Below, one piece after another: positions 40,636-50,874 of a stretch of DNA of 64,000 nucleotides; positions within the stretch are counted from its first letter, which is position 1, and the number at the start of each line of letters is the position of its first letter. The DNA lies in sequence record LT603033, one strand, 5' to 3'. The stretch comes from Escherichia phage vB_Eco_slurp01. The notes beneath the pieces were generated by a model. That model was not told where the DNA came from. It saw only the letters and a list, made by a program, of their open reading frames with translations, and searched no databases. The translations under genes and the position numbers were made by a program.

Positions 40636-40993
40636 AAAAGTAATATTTCTTTTGAATACCAGAAGTGAATTGTATACAGAGTTAAAAGAGATTAATGCAT
40701 TTTATCAGAATTTTGTAATCCAAGAGATCAGTGATTTAATTACAGATGCATTATTTGAATTATCGGAGAAATACAAAGGTTCAGAGTTCAGTGTTAAGAA
40801 TGTTATTCGTCCAAGTGCAAGGAAAATTATATTATCACATTTTACATTTGACAATAAAGATTTATTCAGTCATAATCCAAGTACAGCTTTATATTTTATT
40901 CCTGATTCAGACAAAAATCATCCTATTCATTACGGATGGATTTTGTCATATATAGTACAAGGAAAGGAGTATCCTATTAAATGGAAAGATTAG
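40607..40993 (+). CDS. Family C-related protein (divergent motif)
   Basis: ORF track. Confidence 0.55.
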   Translation: MNPTIVQDLKKVIFLLNTRSELYTELKEINAFYQNFVIQEISDLITDALFELSEKYKGSEFSVKNVIRPSARKIILSHFTFDNKDLFSHNPSTALYFIPDSDKNHPIHYGWILSYIVQGKEYPIKWKD

Positions 40994-41141
40994 GGCGATT
41001 AGATTATTACACAATTAATACAAATTATTTGTTGCGTAATATAAAATCCGATTACAAAATATGGATAAAGAACAGAGATAGCATGTGTTATGAATTTTAT
41101 TTAGATTATGCTATCAAACGATTTTTAAGAGAAGAACATTA

Positions 41142-41345
41142 ATGCAAAAGATTAATACGATAACATTAAATGCATTACAGGATTCATTATTAGATAGTAT
41201 TAAGATGTATTACAATATACATTTGAAGGGTGGTATTGATAATTACGATTATTATTTGAGTTTAATTACATTTGAGCACCTTTCAGTACAGGACAGGATT
41301 TTACATCCTACAAATCCTAGGTATCCATCGATAGGTAAATTATGA
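41142..41345 (+). CDS. Hypothetical small protein in family C array
   Basis: ORF track. Confidence 0.5.
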   Translation: MQKINTITLNALQDSLLDSIKMYYNIHLKGGIDNYDYYLSLITFEHLSVQDRILHPTNPRYPSIGKL

Positions 41346-41890
41346 ATGAGATAGAGTTATTAGCACACAAGATAAGTACAATAATGCTTATCCTCAATAA
41401 CAACCATCCTATATCGCATATAGATGGAATCCTGAGTCAGAGGACAGGTGGTAGTTTATATTTGTCCATAAACGCAGATATCGCAAGGAAATACATTGAT
41501 ATTGATGTTGAAATCGAATATGATACAACGGGGATTGTTGATGTAGGTGCATTAATCAGTTCAAATCCAGTATCAGCATCCCCATTGACCAAAGATGTTA
41601 GTACAGGATTCGAAGGATATTTGTGGTACAATACCAATGATGATTATTTTATATATCAGCATTCCAATACAAATTATGATGAAGACAAATTTCAGTTCAT
41701 AGACCCTTATGATGAAGCTGAAGTATTTCAAAAATCATTAATCACAAAACCGCATGAGATGATGTATCTAATGTTATTCAGTACAATGCATTTGAATCCA
41801 TTAATTAAAGGTTTAAAATTTTATATTCAATTAAATTTAGTCCATGTAGTTTATGATTTATTAATGCAAGGATATAGTTATGAAGTATAA
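41342..41890 (+). CDS. Family C protein
   Basis: ORF track; DEAEVFQKSLI; N-terminus MNEIELLAHKIST shared with 41962. Confidence 0.65.
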   Translation: MNEIELLAHKISTIMLILNNNHPISHIDGILSQRTGGSLYLSINADIARKYIDIDVEIEYDTTGIVDVGALISSNPVSASPLTKDVSTGFEGYLWYNTNDDYFIYQHSNTNYDEDKFQFIDPYDEAEVFQKSLITKPHEMMYLMLFSTMHLNPLIKGLKFYIQLNLVHVVYDLLMQGYSYEV

Positions 41891-41961
41891 AATGATGTAT
41901 ACCCCAAGATATGATTTATGTTGAATTAGAAGATGATGCATCCATCAATAGGTAATAATAT
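41869..41961 (+). pseudogene. Frameshifted remnant of the start of a 42458-type gene
   Basis: ATGAAGTATAAAATGATGTATACCCCAAGATATGA... matches 42458 start with one extra A. Confidence 0.5.
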
Positions 41962-42468
41962 ATGAATGAGATAGAATTATTAGCACACAAGATTAGTACA
42001 GTAATGCTTATGCTCAAGAATAATCATTCTATGCATAAGTACATTTATATAGGTGATTTACGCATAGAAGATAGATATGATAAATTATCGTTTTTGTTTA
42101 AAGATGAAAGTAATGCAAAAGTTTGTTTTGCAGCATTTGCCCAAGGCAATCCAGAACAAGCATCTCCTGTTATATACGAAAATAGTGAAGGGTATTTGTG
42201 GGTCAACACAAACGATTATTTCTTTTATGATTTGAAACAAAATGATGAAGTAGAAGCACGAATTGATTTAATTGATATTAGTTCAGATTGTAGTTCTGAA
42301 TTATTTCAGAAATCGTTATTATACAGTCCTCGTCAAATACATTATCTAAAGTTATTCAGTTCATTGTACGCGAATCCTTTAATTAAGGGTTTTAAATTTT
42401 ATATCAAAATTCCGTACCTTTCAAACGTTTATGATATTTTGATGCAAGGATATAGTTATGAAGTATAA
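41962..42468 (+). CDS. Family C protein
   Basis: ORF track; SSELFQKSLLY. Confidence 0.65.
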   Translation: MNEIELLAHKISTVMLMLKNNHSMHKYIYIGDLRIEDRYDKLSFLFKDESNAKVCFAAFAQGNPEQASPVIYENSEGYLWVNTNDYFFYDLKQNDEVEARIDLIDISSDCSSELFQKSLLYSPRQIHYLKLFSSLYANPLIKGFKFYIKIPYLSNVYDILMQGYSYEV

Positions 42469-42769
42469 AATGATGTATACCCCAGATATGATTTATGTTG
42501 AATTAGAAGATGATGACGATGGGTGGAATTTGATTTATTCAAGAAGTTCAGGTTGGTACATGGCACATTTAAATGATTCGATAGTTACAGATTATTTTGT
42601 AGATTTCAATACATTATCCGATGAAGAATTGTTCCAACAGCAATTAGTGATTGACACGGGTGGTTATGATGTCTTATTATTAAAAAAGATACAGAAAGCT
42701 GTTATTGATTTTAAGCCCATGATATGGCAAAGGAAATATTATGACCTCGAAGTACCGTACCAGCAATGA
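42458..42769 (+). CDS. Family C protein
   Basis: ORF track; DEELFQQQLVID. Confidence 0.65.
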   Translation: MKYKMMYTPDMIYVELEDDDDGWNLIYSRSSGWYMAHLNDSIVTDYFVDFNTLSDEELFQQQLVIDTGGYDVLLLKKIQKAVIDFKPMIWQRKYYDLEVPYQQ

Positions 42770-43307
42770 AATTCAGTACACCTACGCTAATGCAATCCTT
42801 ATGGGACAAAAGTTAGCTTGTATTGTTGCAGCCTTATATAATGCACAGAAATATCACAAGCGTCATTTCCACAAATGTATTGGTATTATTCCATCGAAGT
42901 ACAATACATATATTGCGTGCACGAGTCATTTTGATAAACGATTCAATACACCTGATACCCCAAATTCCCGTAGTGTTATTGGTCTTTTGGATTTCGCACC
43001 TGGTGCTGTTATTGGAAAGAATGATTTAGAGTACGCATGGTATAATAAAAATGCCCCGTTAGTAATGGTAAAATATGATACAGAAACGAACAAAACAATA
43101 GAGTACAATACATATAAATCAGAGGAAGAATTTTTCCAAGGTTCATTGCTTGTGCCAGTGCGTTTGTTGTTTTATAATGTCCTTATTAGTACAGTACACA
43201 ATAGTCCATTACACAAGAATCACAAAATTAATTTCAATTTTTGTGCTTATGCAATTGATGGTGTGTATGAGTGTTTAATGGAGGTATTGAGTTATGAAGC
43301 TGAATAA
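42741..43307 (+). CDS. Family C protein
   Basis: ORF track; EEEFFQGSLLV. Confidence 0.65.
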   Translation: MTSKYRTSNEIQYTYANAILMGQKLACIVAALYNAQKYHKRHFHKCIGIIPSKYNTYIACTSHFDKRFNTPDTPNSRSVIGLLDFAPGAVIGKNDLEYAWYNKNAPLVMVKYDTETNKTIEYNTYKSEEEFFQGSLLVPVRLLFYNVLISTVHNSPLHKNHKINFNFCAYAIDGVYECLMEVLSYEAE

Positions 43308-43635
43308 TACATTTGATATTAATAAGTTAAGAGAATGGTTTTATAGTATTGAAATTGAAGCCATCCCGTATCATAGATATGAACAATATAATTTAACCAG
43401 TATTGATATCAGTGAGTTGTACGCGTATTATCAAAGTGCATTAGAGATGCATAAGTTATTTTTGAGTACAGATTTTGTTCTAAATTACAATTTTGAGGAA
43501 TTTAATAATTATAATTTAGTACAGAAATATGTAGTAGCAAAGTATATGTACCTTCAAGGAATTACAAGTAATTTGGAATTCAATACAGTCCTTGCTTTAG
43601 TTGAGGTAATTTTATGCAGTACATGTATGATTTAG
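43294..43635 (+). CDS. Family C-related protein (divergent motif)
   Basis: ORF track. Confidence 0.55.
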   Translation: MKLNNTFDINKLREWFYSIEIEAIPYHRYEQYNLTSIDISELYAYYQSALEMHKLFLSTDFVLNYNFEEFNNYNLVQKYVVAKYMYLQGITSNLEFNTVLALVEVILCSTCMI

Positions 43636-44120
43636 AGTTTAGTTTAGATGCTGCATTTAAATATGTTCACAAGATAGAAACAATATACAGTACATTATGT
43701 GCAATACAATCAGTATCATCTGAGTTTGATGTTGGTGAAAAATATCAGGTATGGAATAATACATTTCTAAACAAAGAACGTTGCTCTACGGGGTTTAATA
43801 TTTTAACATTTAATCCCAGCAATTGTTACCCAGAGAAGCATGAACGTTATCCGAATGACGACATGTGGTTTGATTACACAAAAGATGGTGATATGTCATC
43901 CCTTGTAGTTCCTGATGATTTTAATGCCGAAGATTTAACGGAAGAGTGGTGGTTTCAACAGAATTTAGTACACGATGATATTGATTTATTTTTTTATGTA
44001 GTATTTAAAATGCTTTACCACAACAATATATTAAAAGATAGTGTGTTTTTTTCATGTCTATATATTGATGATTTGTACAATGAAATCCAAATCAACATTC
44101 CCAGCACGCCTGTATCGTAA
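43614..44120 (+). CDS. Family C protein
   Basis: ORF track; EEWWFQQNLVHD. Confidence 0.65.
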   Translation: MQYMYDLEFSLDAAFKYVHKIETIYSTLCAIQSVSSEFDVGEKYQVWNNTFLNKERCSTGFNILTFNPSNCYPEKHERYPNDDMWFDYTKDGDMSSLVVPDDFNAEDLTEEWWFQQNLVHDDIDLFFYVVFKMLYHNNILKDSVFFSCLYIDDLYNEIQINIPSTPVS

Positions 44121-44145
44121 GATATGGGCTTTTTTCGTTTTGGTA

Positions 44146-44174
44146 TTGACAAAGAAGTGCAAAGCTGTTATCAT
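44146..44174 (+). promoter_or_regulatory. Internal promoter within family C array
   Basis: TTGACA N17 TATCAT. Confidence 0.55.
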
Positions 44175-44202
44175 GTGTAATCATTTTAAAGGAGAACATA
44201 TA

Positions 44203-44715
44203 GTGAGTTTCATAATCCCAAGTACATACGAAGATGCATCAAGTGCAGTTCATAAGATTCATTATATTTTTAATTTAATTATTAGATCTGCAAAAAATAA
44301 AATGTATGCACCTCTTGTGGAATACGATAAAAATGAGGAAATTTTTGTTAGCACAGACCAAATTATTTTTCCATATTTCAATGAAGATAGATTGTGGTTC
44401 ATGCATTTAGCTGCATTACAAAAATATAAAATGTCAATTCGTAATAATTTGGATATACCGTTATATCATCCTGATATTGGAGAGGATGAATATTTTCAGT
44501 ACAGTACAGTACACCGCCATGAAGATATCTTTGTTGCTATGCTTATTGCTAAATTGAATACCGTTGATTTGGAGCAGTACAAATACAATAATAAATCATG
44601 TAAGATCATAATCCCTGCATTCATAGCTCTTTATGATTATGTGGTGCATAACAAAAAAGATGATACATATGCTTTCAATGAAGAGTATTTGAATTTTTTT
44701 AAGGAGAACATATGA
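44203..44715 (+). CDS. Family C protein (GTG start)
   Basis: ORF 44041..44715 trimmed to GTG after AAAGGAGA RBS; EDEYFQYSTVH. Confidence 0.55.
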   Translation: MSFIIPSTYEDASSAVHKIHYIFNLIIRSAKNKMYAPLVEYDKNEEIFVSTDQIIFPYFNEDRLWFMHLAALQKYKMSIRNNLDIPLYHPDIGEDEYFQYSTVHRHEDIFVAMLIAKLNTVDLEQYKYNNKSCKIIIPAFIALYDYVVHNKKDDTYAFNEEYLNFFKENI

Positions 44716-45239
44716 GCAGTGACGTGCAGAAATCAATGACATTCAATGAAATTGGTGCATTTAAAGATAAGATCATTGATTGTCTTGAATACATGATTTG
44801 TAGTAATATCGAAAGTATCGAGATATTTAACAAGACAAATCGCTCTTACCATATGATGTACATTGCAAACAATAATGGTATCATTCCATTTATTTCGGAT
44901 AGTACAATATGGTACGCATGTGATACGAAAAAAACCACAATAGGTTTACATTTATTTGAGACACATTATGATCTAATTATTCCTGAACATTGTATGCAAG
45001 AAGAAGAATATTTTCAAATGCAATGTATACATTCACCATTAGTGTTGTTTAGTTTATATATTATACCTTATATCACCAAATGTGTTCATGAGAATAAAGC
45101 TCCGTGGAATCATGAATTTGTATCGTTGAAGTTATTGTATAATGTATTAGTAGAATATTATGATTACAGGCACAATGGTACAATCAGTGATGTATGGGAT
45201 TTTGAATCGCTAAGGGTGAAAACATACACAGGTGAATGA
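44712..45239 (+). CDS. Family C protein
   Basis: ORF track; QEEEYFQMQCIH. Confidence 0.65.
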   Translation: MSSDVQKSMTFNEIGAFKDKIIDCLEYMICSNIESIEIFNKTNRSYHMMYIANNNGIIPFISDSTIWYACDTKKTTIGLHLFETHYDLIIPEHCMQEEEYFQMQCIHSPLVLFSLYIIPYITKCVHENKAPWNHEFVSLKLLYNVLVEYYDYRHNGTISDVWDFESLRVKTYTGE

Positions 45240-45240
45240 T

Positions 45241-45855
45241 ATGACCAGAATTAAAATGTATGATTTGATGCAGTACAGTAAAATTGCCATTCCGGTGCTT
45301 AATAAAGTGCTGGATGCATTCATTGCCAAATACCCTGAGAATTCAGTGTTATGTATTCCATTTAGTGTTCCAGATAAAGATGATATATTTCAAGTGAATG
45401 TCAGTACACGTGGTATTACATTGCAGCAGAAATACATGGATACGGAATATTATGGAATAAAGTTGGATTCAGTACAGGGTTCTAAATCAGCCTATGATTT
45501 TTTTGTTCCTAATAACATCGAGTCATGGGAAACAAACATTTCAAAGAAAGATGAAAATGATGTTCCTATTAGTGGTGTGTTCAACAATAAAGTTTTTTAT
45601 TATTACGAAACCGACAAATTCCCTGAAGAGTTATATTACAATTCAGAAATGAATGAAGATGTAGATGCATTCATGTTTCAATTATCTTTAGTACATGATA
45701 TCATTGATGTTCAAGAGTTAAGAGCAGAAATCAATTTAGCTAAAGAGTTATCGGACATGCTGCCACCGTTTAGTATGCTTTTTTGTGAAGGTGGTTATTT
45801 TTCAAAAGAAGTGTTTGAACATTTCGTAGATGTTGTAAAAGGGTTGGATATATAG
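45241..45855 (+). CDS. Family C protein
   Basis: ORF 45232..45855 (GTG) trimmed to ATG after AGGTGA; FMFQLSLVHD. Confidence 0.6.
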   Translation: MTRIKMYDLMQYSKIAIPVLNKVLDAFIAKYPENSVLCIPFSVPDKDDIFQVNVSTRGITLQQKYMDTEYYGIKLDSVQGSKSAYDFFVPNNIESWETNISKKDENDVPISGVFNNKVFYYYETDKFPEELYYNSEMNEDVDAFMFQLSLVHDIIDVQELRAEINLAKELSDMLPPFSMLFCEGGYFSKEVFEHFVDVVKGLDI

Positions 45856-45856
45856 T

Positions 45857-46051
45857 ATGCTTACAGTTGATGTTAAACAAAAATACCGTAAGTTTGATTG
45901 GTTCACCGATAGTTTCCAGCTTGAATTATTACATATGAATATCAGTGAAACATTATGTGCAGAAACACAAGATGAATTTGATGATAGAGTGATGAACATA
46001 GTAATGCTTTCTTGCTTTAAACATTTTGGTTATTTTTTCGGACAGAATTGA
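45857..46051 (+). CDS. Hypothetical small protein in family C array
   Basis: ORF track. Confidence 0.5.
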   Translation: MLTVDVKQKYRKFDWFTDSFQLELLHMNISETLCAETQDEFDDRVMNIVMLSCFKHFGYFFGQN

Positions 46052-46059
46052 GGTAAAAA

Positions 46060-46575
46060 ATGCATCAACACAAGCATCATTCATATGATTTTGCAATTAA
46101 CATTATGAAGTTCATTCGAGCGTTGGAGGATGGGAAGCTTAGTCATAAGTACAGGAAAGAGGGTAACAATTGGTTCAGAAATGATTCCGAGTTCAGTTGT
46201 CATAAAATCGTGTATAGTAATCAGTACAGTGCCAATTACCTACAAGATGTAGTGATGTGTTTTGAATACGTGTTGCAGTTCAGGGGTTCAATCCAAGATG
46301 AGTTGATGGAGAACATGTACATCAGATACCTTCCAATGCTCAAAGATGAAAATGTATTATTAAATTCAATATACCAACGAGTTCGTGAAATTGAGTGCAG
46401 GGATATATTAGATACAGAAGAATCGTATTTCCAGCAATCCCTGATTTATTCACCTGATTTATTACAGGTACATAATTTGTTTAATACATTACGTCAGAAC
46501 ATCAGTACAGACATATTTTTGTCATTATCGGATTATGATACATTTGTCAAAGATTTAGAGGAAATAGGATTATGA
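46060..46575 (+). CDS. Family C protein
   Basis: ORF track; EESYFQQSLIY. Confidence 0.65.
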   Translation: MHQHKHHSYDFAINIMKFIRALEDGKLSHKYRKEGNNWFRNDSEFSCHKIVYSNQYSANYLQDVVMCFEYVLQFRGSIQDELMENMYIRYLPMLKDENVLLNSIYQRVREIECRDILDTEESYFQQSLIYSPDLLQVHNLFNTLRQNISTDIFLSLSDYDTFVKDLEEIGL

Positions 46576-46916
46576 GTAGATTTTCAGTTTATATAGTAAA
46601 CGTCAGTAAAGATGGTAGTTTAATTGAATTTGATGTAGTTGATAACAATGATAATTCATATGGTATTAAGGTACAGGACAATGTAGTGCAGTTCAGTACA
46701 AGGACAAATTTTGAGAATCCAGTCCAAGTTCCGAATTTCATAGAAGATGAAGCTGCACGATTCCAATACGAAACGGCCTTTGATAATATGCATATGCATA
46801 TTATTATGCAACAAAGTTTAGTTCAATTGCTTCAGGTATTCAGACAAAATATATATGTACATGAAGTGTCGATTAATGGCATTCAAAGTTCCGTATTGTT
46901 CGGTACAAATATGTAA
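46572..46916 (+). CDS. Family C-related protein
   Basis: ORF track; EAARFQYETAFD. Confidence 0.6.
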   Translation: MSRFSVYIVNVSKDGSLIEFDVVDNNDNSYGIKVQDNVVQFSTRTNFENPVQVPNFIEDEAARFQYETAFDNMHMHIIMQQSLVQLLQVFRQNIYVHEVSINGIQSSVLFGTNM

Positions 46917-46926
46917 GGAAAGTACA

Positions 46927-47478
46927 ATGAGTTCAATGAGTTTATTAGATACATTAGAAAAAGACAGAAGTGCAATTAAGCGTTTAAAAGAGCAAGTACA
47001 AAAGATTGTATACAACGTTGATAAGTTTGAAGTCCCAGGAAGATTTGGTGATATTTCCCATACGGAGATCAAATCCCTTAAGTCAGATTTGTTGATTAAA
47101 AATAAAAATGGGTTGATTTTAGTTTTGAGTTCAGATATGATGGGGGCAACACATAGTTATAATGCAGTATCGGTGCGTTCAGAGTGTGAAGGTATATATC
47201 TATCACAGGGTTTCAATAGCGAGACACAGGTTTGTTTTTGTGATGCAGTACATGACCCTATGAAGTTCACGAGAAGTGAAGCCCAAGCGTTATTAGAGCT
47301 ATCAGACGAGAGTTTGTTTCAGTACAGTACAATGTATGACAATGATAAGCTTCGTTGTATGTACGCTGTAAAGCATTATACACAGGAGTTCTCTGGATTT
47401 GCATACCTTTTAGTTAGAACCAATACCAGATATATTGATATGTTAGAAGATTACATCGATAAAGTTGTTAATGTATGA
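46927..47478 (+). CDS. Family C protein
   Basis: ORF 46855..47478 trimmed to MSSMSLL after AAGGAAAG; DESLFQYSTMYD. Confidence 0.6.
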   Translation: MSSMSLLDTLEKDRSAIKRLKEQVQKIVYNVDKFEVPGRFGDISHTEIKSLKSDLLIKNKNGLILVLSSDMMGATHSYNAVSVRSECEGIYLSQGFNSETQVCFCDAVHDPMKFTRSEAQALLELSDESLFQYSTMYDNDKLRCMYAVKHYTQEFSGFAYLLVRTNTRYIDMLEDYIDKVVNV

Positions 47479-47653
47479 TTATGTGATGGGATAATGCTGA
47501 TGAAAGAGTTATTTGAAGATCAGTTCAATACATATGTGGATAATATTCTTTATTCCAGCCGTGCTAGTCAACGAGGAAATCGTGCTTACAATATAGATTA
47601 CCTATTAGTGGTGCTGAGTTCACAGTACACCAATGCGGTACAAAGGGTTTATT

Positions 47654-47863
47654 ATGAAAAGTGCAAGTAATAGTGATATTGCAAAGGAGAAGTTGGAGTG
47701 CAGTTTAGATTACGGTTTAAATGATTTTCTTACATGCACAATGTACAGGAATGATGATTATGAGCAATCCGTAATTTCGTTGCACAGATATTTCGAAATA
47801 ATTTACGCAAGATATCTTAGAAGGTTAGAGGGAATAGGGGATTGGAATTATGATTACGTTTGA
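47654..47863 (+). CDS. Hypothetical small protein (start uncertain)
   Basis: ORF 47633..47863; competing 57-aa ORF at 47495..47668. Confidence 0.4.
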   Translation: MKSASNSDIAKEKLECSLDYGLNDFLTCTMYRNDDYEQSVISLHRYFEIIYARYLRRLEGIGDWNYDYV

Positions 47864-48074
47864 AGAGCCGGAAGTGGTATATTGCTATAGTGTGAAAGGT
47901 TTTGAATACATGATGGATTCTATTTTGAAGGATACATATTTGGTTCAGATTGCAGTTGCAGATAATACAGATAATGCATTACAGCGAGTATTGAATATAT
48001 ACGAGAAGACGAGTCGAAGGCTTTGTGCAATGAAAAGGATTGAAGAAATCAAGCTTTCTAGGCTGAATAAATAG
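47850..48074 (+). CDS. Hypothetical small protein (74 aa)
   Basis: ORF track. Confidence 0.55.
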   Translation: MITFEEPEVVYCYSVKGFEYMMDSILKDTYLVQIAVADNTDNALQRVLNIYEKTSRRLCAMKRIEEIKLSRLNK

Positions 48075-48276
48075 AGACGTTTCATTTTGACAGGCCGCAG
48101 GGGGTCAAAAAAATTTCCGCTGAAAAACATGCTAAGGTATATGTTTAATATAAAGTTTTATATTGTGTTTTTCAGAGTACAGTTCATGTTTCCTGAAACA
48201 AAAAATACCCCGCCCCCGCAACGTGCTCCTTATATTGGAGTTTACCTTATTAATTACAGTAGAGATTACAATTGAA
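48075..48276. other. Non-coding island inside family C array with atypical GC-rich tracts
   Basis: CCCCGCCCCCGC and GGCCGCAGGGGG; TTGAC/GTCAA and GTTTC/GAAAC hairpins. Confidence 0.5.
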
Positions 48277-48660
48277 ATGAAGATGCAAATAAAATATAAT
48301 GAATTTTGTGCAAGGACATGGATGTACACTGGTGAGTTAGTTACGCACTGTAACTTATACAAGGGTGATTTAAACTACGCCAGGGACAAGATTTTAAAGT
48401 ACTGGAATGCTGACTTTTATTTGATGGATTTTAGTACTGGGTTTCATGGGATATCTATCGAGATGCCGGACTATACAGTACTTGATGATGCTGCACTGTT
48501 TCAGGAGGCATTAGTATTTGATAAGAAGTACATCTGTACATTAGAAGAGATGATTGAATTACAGCGTAGAATTAAATGTATTCACAGGGAATGTATAGAT
48601 ATCTGGTGCAGTACTGGTGAGGCCGATTTATGGAAATTTTTTAATCTAGGAGAAGAGTGA
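48277..48660 (+). CDS. Family C protein
   Basis: ORF 48163..48660 trimmed to MKMQIKY; DAALFQEALVFD. Confidence 0.6.
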   Translation: MKMQIKYNEFCARTWMYTGELVTHCNLYKGDLNYARDKILKYWNADFYLMDFSTGFHGISIEMPDYTVLDDAALFQEALVFDKKYICTLEEMIELQRRIKCIHRECIDIWCSTGEADLWKFFNLGEE

Positions 48661-48821
48661 TGGAATTTGATTTTTTAATATCAGTACATTCTTTTAAGCA
48701 CAGTTATCAGTACTTTTGTAATTTAAACAAAGGTGATTTGATTATGGATACAGATACAGAGGCTGTATACAGTTCTAATATTCTGTACAAATTCAGTACT
48801 AATCTGAAGGAGATTTTATGA
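48660..48821 (+). pseudogene. Truncated N-terminal copy (53 codons) of the 49186 paralog
   Basis: First ~85 nt near-identical to 49186 start, then diverges to early stop. Confidence 0.5.
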
Positions 48822-49186
48822 AAAAAGAAATTAGAATTCAATTCGGTATGAGGAAAAAAGAGGTCATCTGTACACTGAATCATGCGGACGTGGAAATGGG
48901 TGGTGCATTACAAAAATTCTCACATTTTGTTCTTGTACTATATGAAAATGGGTCTTTTAAAATCTTCACATATGATGATTCAAAAAATTACCGTAATGAT
49001 TTTGTAAATCTTACAGTACTGTCAGAAGAGGAATTCTTTCAGGAAAGTACTGTCTGGAATTTACCAGGAGCACCAATTGAATACGTCCGTGCTACACAGG
49101 TAGAGATGATCAAAACAATGCAGAACTATCCAGAAGATTATATGACTAAGTTTCCTGAATCTTTTAATGTAGAGGTTGAGTACTGA
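48818..49186 (+). CDS. Family C protein
   Basis: ORF track; SEEEFFQESTVWN. Confidence 0.65.
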   Translation: MKKEIRIQFGMRKKEVICTLNHADVEMGGALQKFSHFVLVLYENGSFKIFTYDDSKNYRNDFVNLTVLSEEEFFQESTVWNLPGAPIEYVRATQVEMIKTMQNYPEDYMTKFPESFNVEVEY

Positions 49187-49542
49187 TGGAATTTGATTTT
49201 TTAATATCAGTACATACTTTCAAGCACAGTTATCAGTACTTTTGTAATTTAAACAAAGGTGATTTAATGCACAGTGCGAATGAGTATATTCATTACACTC
49301 AGGGTAAATTTACATTCATTGATTACAGTTCATTACAGTATCCACACCAAGATATGCCGGACTATACATTAATGGATACCGCAGAACTATTCCAAGAATC
49401 ATTAGTATTTGATAAGAAGTACTTGTGTACATTTGAAGAAGTTATTGCAATACAAAATGAAATGAAAGAGTATGCTGCTTTGCATAAACCCAATGCAAGT
49501 ATTAATCAAGAATACAAATTCAATTTAGGAATTCAAGAATGA
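49186..49542 (+). CDS. Family C protein
   Basis: ORF track; TAELFQESLVFD. Confidence 0.65.
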   Translation: MEFDFLISVHTFKHSYQYFCNLNKGDLMHSANEYIHYTQGKFTFIDYSSLQYPHQDMPDYTLMDTAELFQESLVFDKKYLCTFEEVIAIQNEMKEYAALHKPNASINQEYKFNLGIQE

Positions 49543-49898
49543 CATATGATTATTCTATGTACTATTATAAGTTACCTAAAGGATGGGACTTGTGCTGTAA
49601 TCTTATTAAGGGCGACTCGGAACATGAGTTGAGTTTATATATGCATTACAAAGATTCTTGTTTTAAATTTATTCATGTATTACATGATGGCTATGACTAT
49701 GAATCTGAGAGTCTTATAGATTATACAGTACTGGACGATGGTGAACTATTTCAGGAAGCATTAGTGTTTGATAAGAATAAGTACTCCTGTACATTTGAAG
49801 AAATGGTTTCTTTGCAAAATGAAATGAAGAGATTTGAAAAAGAAAACGTATTTAATCCATCCCCATCAAGAACGAATAATTATTATTTCAATATATGA
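49539..49898 (+). CDS. Family C protein
   Basis: ORF track; DGELFQEALVFD. Confidence 0.65.
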   Translation: MTYDYSMYYYKLPKGWDLCCNLIKGDSEHELSLYMHYKDSCFKFIHVLHDGYDYESESLIDYTVLDDGELFQEALVFDKNKYSCTFEEMVSLQNEMKRFEKENVFNPSPSRTNNYYFNI

Positions 49899-49907
49899 GA
49901 TTATAAA

Positions 49908-50402
49908 ATGACATTACAGAGTTCATTGGAAAAAGCAAAGAAGATTCATGAGTACATGAATATGGCAAAAGAAGGTTCAGTTTACGGTGTTTTCAAAGAC
50001 ACAAGTACTCAATATTATGTGCCGGATAACCTCCTTTATAATGACTGCTCAGATACAGAAACGTGCGTACTGGATACAGAAACATGCATACTAGATACCG
50101 ACCCTAATGATTATGAATGTTTCATTGATATGCATAATGAGTACATGGTCTATATTAATGATGCAGATATTACCATATACAGTACTGACAGCGATTCCGA
50201 TGACATTATAATTCCGAGTGAAGTACTAGAAGGTCAGTGGGATAGTGAAGAGTATTACTTCCAACAAAGTACTGTTTACGATGATGAAGTACTTGATGTT
50301 ATTATAATTATGTGGTACTTTAAAAGTATTGGTTCTGGGAACTTCTATTTCGATTACAAATACGTAAAGAAAACAGTAGATAACGGTATTAACAGGGGTT
50401 GA
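49908..50402 (+). CDS. Family C protein (MSLQS subgroup)
   Basis: ORF track; SEEYYFQQSTVYDDEVLDVIIIMWYFKSI. Confidence 0.7.
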   Translation: MTLQSSLEKAKKIHEYMNMAKEGSVYGVFKDTSTQYYVPDNLLYNDCSDTETCVLDTETCILDTDPNDYECFIDMHNEYMVYINDADITIYSTDSDSDDIIIPSEVLEGQWDSEEYYFQQSTVYDDEVLDVIIIMWYFKSIGSGNFYFDYKYVKKTVDNGINRG

Positions 50403-50403
50403 A

Positions 50404-50874
50404 ATGAGTTTAGAAAGAGCATTAGAGATTGCGAAGTTAATTGATTTATGCAGCAAAGAAATTGTAGCAAATTGTCTCAATGGATATCTATTCAAGGAAG
50501 GTAAATCTTATTGTCGAATGAGATACGATGACAGTAGTGAGTACATTCACATGTACGATGAAAACTTAGATTCTTCTGAAACAACACTCAATGGGTGTGA
50601 TGTTAATTTGGAAGATAATTACATGTACTTCTGTCGTGATGCTGATATTTTAATACAAGATTCTGACATTCTAACTGGTGGTGAAGAGAAACATCTTCCG
50701 TATTCAGTACTGGATAATAACTGGGGTAGTGAAGATTACTATTTCCAGCAGAGTACTATATATAATGAAGATATACTTGACAAACTTGTTATTTCTTGGT
50801 ACTTTCATAACACGGATTATAGTAGCTTCTACATAGACTTGGATCTACTAAGAGTACTTAAAGAGGATATATGA
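50404..50874 (+). CDS. Family C protein (MSLE subgroup)
   Basis: ORF track; SEDYYFQQSTIYN. Confidence 0.7.
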   Translation: MSLERALEIAKLIDLCSKEIVANCLNGYLFKEGKSYCRMRYDDSSEYIHMYDENLDSSETTLNGCDVNLEDNYMYFCRDADILIQDSDILTGGEEKHLPYSVLDNNWGSEDYYFQQSTIYNEDILDKLVISWYFHNTDYSSFYIDLDLLRVLKEDI

